NCBI GenBank assembly: GCA_965240325.2
Contig: OZ251252.1
Coordinates: 434,001-498,000 of the forward strand
DNA: 64,000 nucleotides
Source: Rebecca billardiae RCC1528
Taxonomy: Eukaryota > Protista > Haptophyta
Direction of reading: 5' to 3'
Position numbers and translations under genes: made by a program. This document shows, piece by piece, positions 44,566 through 53,863 of this stretch. Numbering within the stretch: position 1 is the first letter of the stretch; each line of letters begins with the position of its first letter. The notes below the pieces were generated by a model. It ran no database searches and was not told where the DNA came from. It worked only from the letters and a program-made list of their open reading frames with translations.

Positions 44566-45110
44566 TCAACACGACCTGAGAGTGCGCCGAGCGCGTCCGA
44601 TGAGTACAACGCATGCTTGTGGGTCTCGTCGGCCTGCCCCCGCTAGGCGGTTGGCGGTGTTGAGCCCGCCCGCATCGATGTCGTGCCCTTCGTCGTGGGA
44701 CGACGCAAGCGAGCGCAGCCCCTCGGGAGCCTCAGCCATGCGGCTGCACTTGGCACAGCGCGCGAGGCGTGCGGCGGCGCCTTCGAGATATGCTGTACGA
44801 AGCTTGCCCACATCCCGAATGACCTCTCGCTCGTGCTTGATGGTGGTGTTCGCCTGCTTGATCCCCTTGTCGTTGTCGTTGATGGCTCCGGCACTTCTCG
44901 GCCTCGGTCATCAACTCAGATGCCTTGCGCAGGTCGTTGTCCATGTCGCGCGCGTCTGTGAGGTCTCCTCCGGTGCGCATACTCCTCACGCGCACCGCCT
45001 CGCGCGCGAGATCGCGGCATATCACGCCCAGGTCCTCCTGCGGCGTGTCCTTGCGCGTGCGCCGGGCGGCGGCGCCATGCTGTTCGGACGGTTCGGCGGG
45101 CGGCATCCAC
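44566..45110 (-). pseudogene. Frameshifted remnant of a coiled-coil-like gene in the repeat unit (second copy 48756-49300)
   Basis: ...DMDNDLRKASELMTEAEK in one frame continues, after a shift near 44890, as AINDNDKGIKQANTTIKHEREVIRDVGKLRTAYLEG, with gene-like codons. Confidence 0.3.
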
Positions 45111-45173
45111 TGATTCAGTGATTCCCCGACGACAACCTTAGACTTGCAATCTGCATGCGCCCGCCGATTCAGG

Positions 45174-47216
45174 ATGGCGGGAGGCGGTGCTACCTCCAAG
45201 GCGCCCTTCGACAGGAGGGCGGCGGCGGTTTACCTCGTCGCCAGCCTCACGACCTCGCCGTCGCGGCTTCGTACCATCGGCCCCACGCTGCGCTCCCTCG
45301 GCGCTGAGCACCAGCGCCGCCCCTTTGACGAGGTACTGCTCAACCTGCCGCGCACCTTTGGGCGCACGGGCGAGGGGTACCCCGCGCAGCTGCCGGCGGC
45401 GGTGACGGCGGTCGCGAGCGTGAACCGCGTGGAGGAGGACTGGGGTCCGGCGACGAAGCTCGTGCCCACCGTGCGCTACCTGCTGCACACGCGGCTGCCC
45501 GTGATCGCGCAGAGGCTCGGCCTGCCGCCGCACGGCCGCGAGGACGAGGTGGTGTCGCGCACGCACATCGTGGTCGTGGACGACGACATCTTGTACCCGG
45601 CGGGTATGGCGGCCTCGTTCGCCGAGACAGCGAGCCCGCTCATCTCGGAGGCCGCCTCGGGCTTCGTGCTCGTGCCGCGCTCGCTGGGCAACCCGCGCGG
45701 CCACGTGCAGGTGCGCGACAAGCACGGCGCGCAGCTGGACGTCGCGGAGGGGTTCGGCGGCTGGCGCATACCGCTCGCGGCGTTCGATCGCAACGTGTCG
45801 CGCTTCGAGGCGCGGATGCGTGCGCTCATCAGCGACCGCGATGCGCGCGTCTCCGACGACCTGCTTGCGTCGGAGTACCTCGCCGAGCGCTCGATGCCGC
45901 TCGCGCTGCACCGCACGGCGCGGTTCAGCAAGGCGATGCTGCAGATCAGAGAGCTGGGGCTCGCGCAGGACGCGCTGCACCGGACGAATACGTCAGGGGA
46001 CGAGCACTGGGCGCGGTACTGGCGCGTGCTCGAGTCGGACCGGCTGTACGCGCTGCACATGCCCGAGCGGTGGGGCGTGCTCTGCTCCGCGCGCATGCAG
46101 CCGCTGCCGCCGCCCGCCTGCCGCAACCTGAGCGGCACGCGCGGCTTCCACCTGCTGGGCGAGCGGCACTGCGGCACCAACGCGCTGAGCGAGCTGATGC
46201 GCATCACCTTCGACGCGCGCGAGCCGTCGTTTCAGAAGACGTTCAAGCACATGTGGACAACGGACTCACCCGCCGCGCTCGCGGCGATGAGCGCCTCGCT
46301 GCGCCGGCTGCACGGCTCCGGGCAGCCAGTCGTGATCATGGTGCGCGAGGCGGTGCAGTGGCTCAACGCCATGCAGATCGACCCGCACCACGCGCCGTGG
46401 ATGCGCTTCATGCCCATGGCCAAGTTCGGCATTGTCGGGTGGGTCTCGTCGATCACGAACAGCGCGGTCTCGCGCGCCAAGTGCGAGAAGCTCGGGCTGC
46501 TGGCGCGCGGCAGCAACGAGAGCGACATGACGGCGATCGGGCGGCTGTGGGCCGGGCAGCAGCGGCGGTGCGCGGTGCACGCGTTCGACTCCATCCTCGC
46601 GCTGCGCAGCGCCAAGCTGCGCCTGCTGCGCGACGCGTTCGACCTGGTGCCCGCGGACGAGGCCACGCAGCGCGAGCAGCTCGTGCGCACGGTGAGCCGC
46701 AGCGCAGGCGGCGGCCCCGTGCTCGTGCTGCGGTACGAGGACTTTGTGCTGCGCGCAAACGCCGTGCCGTGCATGCTCGCGCGACAGCTGCGCGTGTGCG
46801 CGCCGCGCTCGTTCGCGCGCCTCGTCTCGGAGCCGCTCCGCCCCGGTGGCACCCCGGCGACGGCGTTGGGCGGCGCCGTCCTAAAAAAGCTCGGGCGCGT
46901 GGCCGACAACCCTTGCACACACTTTCAGCGGCTGCCATCCATCACGGCGTCGCGCATCCGGGACGGGCTCGACTGGGAGCTCGAGCAGCTCTTTGGGTAC
47001 GGCGACAAGCGCTCGTACGTAGCGTGCACGCCGTCCAGCAGTAGCGGTCGTCTGGTGATGACGCCGACCAAATTCGCCCGCTCGGCCGCGCCCGCAATCG
47101 CAAAGCTCTTGCGCCGCAAGCACGACACCCCACCAAGGCTACGCCTTCTGCTGGCGGCGGCGGACGGTGCGGCGGTGCGTGAGCAGCCTGCTGTCGTGCT
47201 TGGCAATGCCGCCTAA
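45174..47216 (+). CDS. GT-sulfotransferase fusion, copy 2
   Basis: Nearly identical to copy 1 apart from the N-terminus (MAGGGATSKAPFDRR) and a few residues. Confidence 0.8.
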   Translation: MAGGGATSKAPFDRRAAAVYLVASLTTSPSRLRTIGPTLRSLGAEHQRRPFDEVLLNLPRTFGRTGEGYPAQLPAAVTAVASVNRVEEDWGPATKLVPTVRYLLHTRLPVIAQRLGLPPHGREDEVVSRTHIVVVDDDILYPAGMAASFAETASPLISEAASGFVLVPRSLGNPRGHVQVRDKHGAQLDVAEGFGGWRIPLAAFDRNVSRFEARMRALISDRDARVSDDLLASEYLAERSMPLALHRTARFSKAMLQIRELGLAQDALHRTNTSGDEHWARYWRVLESDRLYALHMPERWGVLCSARMQPLPPPACRNLSGTRGFHLLGERHCGTNALSELMRITFDAREPSFQKTFKHMWTTDSPAALAAMSASLRRLHGSGQPVVIMVREAVQWLNAMQIDPHHAPWMRFMPMAKFGIVGWVSSITNSAVSRAKCEKLGLLARGSNESDMTAIGRLWAGQQRRCAVHAFDSILALRSAKLRLLRDAFDLVPADEATQREQLVRTVSRSAGGGPVLVLRYEDFVLRANAVPCMLARQLRVCAPRSFARLVSEPLRPGGTPATALGGAVLKKLGRVADNPCTHFQRLPSITASRIRDGLDWELEQLFGYGDKRSYVACTPSSSSGRLVMTPTKFARSAAPAIAKLLRRKHDTPPRLRLLLAAADGAAVREQPAVVLGNAA

Positions 47217-49363
47217 CTACACGGTGGAACTGATGGCTGACGACGCACTCGTGCGCCTCGGCCGGGCAGCACTTCGCCGCGGTACTTCTGATGCCATGCC
47301 ACTCGGCGCGGGCTCCCGGGCCTGACTGAGTGACTGGGTCAGTGGGTGGGCCAAGTCACTAAGCCTGGCCCGCCTGGGCGTCCGAGAGATGGCTCATTGA
47401 GAGCTGTCAGTCGGCCGCCCGGCGGACGCGTCATATGGCTCAGCGCCGCCACTGCTGCTTCGATTAGTACGTTACGTATAAATGTCGTATACGTACACTC
47501 ACGACAACTTCCGAGTGAGTCAGTGACCGAGGCAGGAGGCTGACGTCTGACGACGAGCACGGCCACGGAGCAGCGGTAACCTACCGCGCGTCCCGCTGTC
47601 ACAGGACTCACTGACAGGGGGGGCATGACCGAGCAGCCCACTGAATTGTGATTAATTTTCGTCGACGACCATGCGATTTAGGTGTCTGACGAGCGTGGCG
47701 CTCGCGGAGGCACCCACAAATATGTCCTGGAACCCAGCCCAGCCACGGGTCAGAAGCACCCAAAACTGACTCCGCGTGCCGTCGCGCGGTCGCCCGTGCG
47801 CGCACGCCTGACGCCTGAGCTGCGCCACTGTGCCACATACAGATGATTCAGCCAAACGTCAACGACTTGTTATGGCGGCTAAATGACGGTATGTCGTCGG
47901 ACTTACTTATTCATAACCGTTGCAACCCGCGCCCCAACAAAATTACGATCGATGGAATTGCTGAATTTTAGTAGGCACGATGACAAGTGCGCGTAGAGGT
48001 CGGTGAAAAACTACTCCAAGACCGAGCATGTTACCCACTCACTCCACTGCTAATTAGAGACGACATGTACCCGATTACCTACCCGTGTATTATACAATGC
48101 GGGTGGGGTTTAAATATATATTCAGGGTGGTGTCAATATGGGGGTACCTTGTTCACTATTCGTGCGCTGCAAGTCATCCGAATAGTCCGCGCCGCCGCGC
48201 GGAGACGGCGCGGGCTCATGCCACTCAAACCCGACTAACCGTCCCGCAGCAGGGCCAGGCCCGGACCGACGGACCTGATGCGGGCTGGCGGGCTGCGTGC
48301 CGAATAAGCACACCGTACCAAGCCCACCTCTGAGTCAGTGAGCATGCCACCATCCCCATAGTCGTGAGAGAGTCCTCGTGAGGGGGTCCATCGAAGCTGA
48401 TGGACCCCCTACGGAAGTCGGACGACATAAATAATGCGCGAATATCTGCGCTATAACATCAGCGTCAGCTAGCTGCTAGGCCAGCAATATATCGGGCCCA
48501 ATTCTGACTATTAATGGCGACTGTCAGGCGGCCCGGGACGAAATGTGGGTAACAGTATATCCGCCAACTTCCGTCCAAATTTCGGACCCAGGAGCCCGTC
48601 CACGCCCGGGTTCCGTTTCAATTGTTTGCGGCGAGCACGTCCGTGACACCATGTCACGGGCGTCTGACGGAGCTACAGGGCTCACGCGCATGCCGCCGAG
48701 TGCACGCTTGGGCTTGTCGTGGTGCTCGTGGCAGCACGCGCGCGCGCGTGGGCGCTCAACACGACCTGAGAGTGCGCCGAGCGCGTCCGATGAGTACAAC
48801 GCATGCTTGTGGGTCTCGTCGGCCTGCCCCCGCTAGGCGGTTGGCGGTGTTGAGCCCGCCCGCATCGATGTCGTGCCCTTCGTCGTGGGACGACGCAAGC
48901 GAGCGCAGCCCCTCGGGAGCCTCAGCCATGCGGCTGCACTTGGCACAGCGCGCGAGGCGTGCGGCGGCGCCTTCGAGATATGCTGTACGAAGCTTGCCCA
49001 CATCCCGAATGACCTCTCGCTCGTGCTTGATGGTGGTGTTCGCCTGCTTGATCCCCTTGTCGTTGTCGTTGATGGCTCCGGCACTTCTCGGCCTCGGTCA
49101 TCAACTCAGATGCCTTGCGCAGGTCGTTGTCCATGTCGCGCGCGTCTGTGAGGTCTCCTCCGGTGCGCATACTCCTCACGCGCACCGCCTCGCGCGCGAG
49201 ATCGCGGCATATCACGCCCAGGTCCTCCTGCGGCGTGTCCTTGCGCGTGCGCCGGGCGGCGGCGCCATGCTGTTCGGACGGTTCGGCGGGCGGCATCCAC
49301 TGATTCAGTGATTCCCCGACGACAACCTTAGACTTGCAATCTGCATGCGCCCGCCGATTCAGG

Positions 49364-51337
49364 ATGGCGGGAGGCGGTGCTACCTCCAAGGCGCCCTTCG
49401 ACAGGAGGGCGGCGGCGGTTTACCTCGTCGCCAGCCTCACGACCTCGCCGTCGCGGCTTCGTACCATCGGCCCCACGCTGCGCTCCCTCGGCGCTGAGCA
49501 CCAGCGCCGCCCCTTTGACGAGGTACTGCTCAACCTGCCGCGCACCTTTGGGCGCACGGGCGAGGGGTACCCCGCGCAGCTGCCGGCGGCGGTGACGGCG
49601 GTCGCGAGCGTGAACCGCGTGGAGGAGGACTGGGGTCCGGCGACGAAGCTCGTGCCCACCGTGCGCTACCTGCTGCACACGCGGCTGCCCGTGATCGCGC
49701 AGAGGCTCGGCCTGCCGCCGCACGGCCGCGAGGACGAGGTGGTGTCGCGCACGCACATCGTGGTCGTGGACGACGACATCTTGTACCCGGCGGGGATGGC
49801 GGCCTCGTTCGCCGAGACGGCGAGCCCGCTCATCTCGGAGGCCGTCTCGGGCTTCGTGCTCGTGCCGCGCACGCTGGGCAACCCGCGCGGCCATGTGCAG
49901 GTGCGCGACAAGCACGGCGCGCAGCTGGACGTCGCGGAGGGGTTCGGCGGCTGGCGCATACCGCTCGCGGCGTTCGATCGCAACGTGTCGCGCTTCGAGG
50001 CGCGGATGCGTGCGCTCATCAGCGACTTCGATGCGCGCGTCTCCGACGATCTGCTTGCGTCGGAGTACCTCGCCGAGCGCTCGATGCCGCTCGCGCTGCA
50101 CCGCACGGCGCGGTTCAGCAAGGCGATGCTGCAGATCAGAGAGCTGGGGCTCGCGCAGGACGCGCTGCACCGGACGAATACGTCAGGGGACGAGCACTGG
50201 GCGCGGTACTGGCGCGTGCTCGAGTCGGACCGGCTGTACGCGCTGCACATGCCCGAGCGGTGGGACGTGCTCTGCTCCGCGCGCATGCAGCCGCTGCCGC
50301 CGCCCGCCTGCCGCAACCTGAGCGGCACGCGCGGCTTCCACCTGCTGGGCGAGCGGCACTGCGGCACCAACGCGCTGAGCGAGCTGATGCGCATCACCTT
50401 CGACGCGCGCGGGCCGTCGTACCGGGAGACGTTCAAGCACATGTGGACAACGGACTCACCCGCTGCGCTCGCGGCGATGAGCGCCTCGCTGCGCCGGCTG
50501 CACGGCTCCGGGCAGCCAGTGGTGATCATGGTGCGCGAGGCGGTGCAGTGGCTCAACGCCATGCAGATCGACCCGCACCACGCGCCGTGGATGCGCTTCA
50601 TGCCCATGGCCAAGTTCGTCAGCGTCGAGTGGGTCTCGTCGATCGAGAACAGCGCGGTCTCGCGCGCCAAGTGCGAGGAGCTCGGGCTGCTGCCGCGCGG
50701 CAGCAACGAGAGCGACATGACGGCGATCGGGCGGCTGTGGGCCGGGCAGCAGCGGCGGTGCGCGGTGCACGCGTTCGACTCCATCCTCGCGCTGCGCAGC
50801 GCCAAGCTGCGCCTGCTGCGCGACGCGTTCGACCTGGTGCCCGCGGACGAGGCCACGCAGCGCGAGCAGCTCGTGCGCACGGTGAGCCGCAGCGCAGGCG
50901 GCGGCCCCGTGCTCGTGCTGCGGTACGAGGACTTTGTGCTGCGCGCAAACGCCGTGCCGTGCATGCTCGCGCGACAGCTGCGCGTGTGCGCGCCGCGCTC
51001 GTTCGCGCGCCTCGTCTCGGAGCCGCTCCGCCCCGGTGGCACCCCGGCGACGGCGTTGGGCGGCGCCGTCCTCAAGCACGGGCGCATCAGCAGCGTCGCC
51101 GACAACCCTTGCATGCACTTCAAGCTGCTGCCAGCCATCGCGGCGTCGCGCATCCGGGACGGGCTCGACTGGGAGCTCGAGCAGCTCTTTGGGTACGGCG
51201 ACAAGCGCTCGTATGTGGAGTGCACCACTCAGCTGGTGAACAAATTCGCCCGCTCGGCAGCGCCCGCACTCGCAAAGCTCTTCTCGCGCAAGTACGGCAT
51301 CACCGAGGCTGCAGCTCTTGGCCAGACCGGCCGATGA
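49364..51337 (+). CDS. GT-sulfotransferase fusion, copy 3
   Basis: Same 5' end as copy 2; clustered substitutions in the sulfotransferase half and a different C-terminus. Confidence 0.8.
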   Translation: MAGGGATSKAPFDRRAAAVYLVASLTTSPSRLRTIGPTLRSLGAEHQRRPFDEVLLNLPRTFGRTGEGYPAQLPAAVTAVASVNRVEEDWGPATKLVPTVRYLLHTRLPVIAQRLGLPPHGREDEVVSRTHIVVVDDDILYPAGMAASFAETASPLISEAVSGFVLVPRTLGNPRGHVQVRDKHGAQLDVAEGFGGWRIPLAAFDRNVSRFEARMRALISDFDARVSDDLLASEYLAERSMPLALHRTARFSKAMLQIRELGLAQDALHRTNTSGDEHWARYWRVLESDRLYALHMPERWDVLCSARMQPLPPPACRNLSGTRGFHLLGERHCGTNALSELMRITFDARGPSYRETFKHMWTTDSPAALAAMSASLRRLHGSGQPVVIMVREAVQWLNAMQIDPHHAPWMRFMPMAKFVSVEWVSSIENSAVSRAKCEELGLLPRGSNESDMTAIGRLWAGQQRRCAVHAFDSILALRSAKLRLLRDAFDLVPADEATQREQLVRTVSRSAGGGPVLVLRYEDFVLRANAVPCMLARQLRVCAPRSFARLVSEPLRPGGTPATALGGAVLKHGRISSVADNPCMHFKLLPAIAASRIRDGLDWELEQLFGYGDKRSYVECTTQLVNKFARSAAPALAKLFSRKYGITEAAALGQTGR

Positions 51338-51680
51338 TGGAGCCTGCGGTGAGCATATAACTACGCGCTGCTGACCCCATGCAGCGTAGTGCTGGCTGAC
51401 GACACGAGGACGATCTGTCGATCGCGGCGGCGGATGATCGTCATCGGGCGCGCACCGGGTAGTCGCGGTCCCGCGCCCGACTAGCGCGCAGCAGATTTGA
51501 CGACGACTATATAATGATGACGCGACTACGACTGACGCTGGCCGTTTGAACAGCCGCGAGGCTACTCAATGAGTCAACTACTGAACTAGGCACTAGCGCG
51601 CGGATATGAATGAATAATATGATCGCGACTGACGATGATGAGCGACGACTCACCGGACGAGCAGCGGCCAGCGCGCGCCG

Positions 51681-51682
<2 letters not shown>

Positions 51683-51730
<48 letters not shown>

Positions 51731-51757
51731 GAGAGACAGAGAGAGAGACTCAGAGAG
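51683..51757. repeat. (GA)n microsatellite
   Basis: Directly visible. Confidence 0.95.
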
Positions 51758-52320
51758 CGCGCTATCTGACTGCCTGCTATATATCATCCGCCCGGTCACG
51801 CGGCGCGCCGCGGCGCAGTGCCGCGCGCTGGCCGGGCGCGCGCCTCGTTTGCATATTCATTTATGCTAGCTGACTATATATATATATGTATATATATACT
51901 GCTACGACGCCTGATGTAGAAGCAGGCTGTAGACCAGCAGCAGTGTATAGCGGTTATGGCCCGCGGTGCAGGGCGGAGCGCGTAGCGTGGAGCCCCGCCG
52001 GGGGCCCTCACTAAGTTGAGTCACTACGTTGTCAAAAAGATCTTTTGATCAAAGAAAAGGGGACGGGGGACGATTTTGAGGGCTGTTGGAGGGTGAATTT
52101 TCGCTTTTTCGAGGGGTACGTACCGTACATTGCTGTCTATCCGCAAGACGCGATTGACGAAATAAGCGCGCCCGCCAATTCGCCGTATGTCGATGGACGG
52201 CCGTGGGATCAGATACCCCGGGGGTGAAACAAGTGAGTATTCCTACCCCTCTTGTATGCTGAAGTACGAGTTTGCCGAGCGACGTTTGATTGTTTTGGGT
52301 CGAAAACAGCTATGAGGCCA

Positions 52321-52655
52321 GATTCTTTTGAATAGTGCTTGTTCAAATACGTTACCCGCCTGCCTCGATGGATGAACCGCCTCGTCATATTAAACTATAA
52401 AGATTCTTTATTTCAATAGCGCTTGTCCATCCAAGTTACCCGTCTGCCTCGATGGATGAACCTTTTTAAATTCCCCTTTATAACGGGCTCCGGGTGATCA
52501 GACTGGCGGCCGAAGCCTCCAGCCCTACCCTGACCTGTGTCATAATGAAGGGATTGTTTTGAATAGCGCTGGTTAAACCAATAAGTTACCCGCCTGCCTC
52601 GATGGATGATCAACCTCCTTTGCCATAATGAAAGAAAACGGGTTACCCGCCCGCC
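52321..52655 (+). repeat. Irregularly spaced direct repeats of GTTACCCGCCTGCCTCGATGGATGA(ACC)
   Basis: Copies start at 52351, 52435 and 52585, with a partial at 52642. The first three are preceded by GATT(C/G)TTT...AATAG(C/T)GCT. Confidence 0.85.
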
Positions 52656-53863
52656 AGCGTCTCGCGACGAGGACGGGTGCCCAAGCGGCAAGCGCGCACA
52701 TCATGATCATCGCCGTCGGCGGGCCCATCTTCGGCCGGCTCGAGCTGATGATGCACATCACGACGACGCTCAAGCAGGCGCTGTCCGTACCGACGTTGGC
52801 GCGCCTCCAGCGGATGGTCGACAAAGCACCCGTGGGCGAAGGAGGACCACAATCATGGCCGAGTCATCGGAGACGTCGCTGACCTCGCGGCTTCTGAAAC
52901 ATCGGCAACCGCTCGGCAGCCGGTTGCCACCGCGGCCGCCGCCGGGTGGCGGTGCGCGCTCGCCACCGCGGCCGGCGCTGTGCACGGGCGTGCTGAGCCC
53001 GGGCCGCGTGAGCTCGCCCACCTCGCCCGGCGCGCACGCCGACGCCGCCACCGCGGCTCGGCGGCCGGACTCATCTCGGCCCGCAGCGCGTGCGTCCCCC
53101 CGCGGCGGCGCGCGCCGCTGTCGCCGCCGCGCAGGCCGTGCACTCGGTGGATGAGGAGACGGCCCTGCTGCGCGCGGAGCGCTGCGCGCCGCGCGCTGCT
53201 CCTGCTGCGGCGCGCAGTAGTCCGCTCGTCCGGCCCGCGGGCTCGCCACGGAGCCGACGAGCGCGATGACGACAATCGAATGAGCACTACGAGTGCGCAC
53301 GGAGGCGCTCATGGGGCGCCGAGCTGGCGAAGCGCGGCGCCGAGCTCGACGCGCTGCGCGACGCGGCGACGGACGCGCTGGGCGCGCGCGGCGCCCTCGT
53401 CGCGACGCCCCGTGCAGCAGCTCGAGCAGCCAGCTGTGGAGTAGACGGCCGTCGACTCGAGGGCGCCACCGCGCCGGGTGAGTGAGCACGCACGGGCTCC
53501 GCCTCGGGCGGAGGCTGGCTGGCCGCCGCCGCCGGCTTCGAGGCCGACGCGGCGGAGGAGGCGGCGGGCGAGCACGGTGGCGCGGTGGAGCAGGCGCGCA
53601 CGCGCGGCGGCAGGCGCGACCCGCCGCTCGCCTCGTTCCGCACCCCGAGCTCCGCGCTCGGTCTGCTCGCCTCTGCTCGGTGCGCGGCTGCGCAGCGCCG
53701 TGAGCGCAGGCTGGGGTCCGTACTTCTTCGCGCGGCCCGCGGCGACAGTCCTCATCGGCCCGCCATGTTGACCAGACTGAGACAGCAGCCGACGGAGGGT
53801 GCACCGCGGGCCCCTAACTACGTTGGTTCTACGGAAGGACCGCGGAACGCGGTCATATATACT

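Larger units (their letters stand above)
41042..51215. repeat. Tandem segmental amplification, ~2.4 units with 4196/4190-bp period
   Basis: Stops at 43020 and 47216 (4196 bp apart); ATGs at 45174 and 49364 (4190 bp apart). The spacers differ by a 2-bp and a 4-bp indel and rare SNPs. Confidence 0.95.

Noticed and set aside
43021-45140. Short ORFs in the array spacer as functional small genes
   Set aside because: They recur only because the unit is duplicated; indels between copies alter them and no domain is evident.
52351-52655. CRISPR-like appearance of the ~26-bp repeats
   Set aside because: Spacing is very uneven, the spacers resemble each other, no cas genes are present and the context is eukaryotic.
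52628-53804. ORFs between the repeat island and GT-ST copy 4
   Set aside because: No consistent frame, splice model or family motif could be established.
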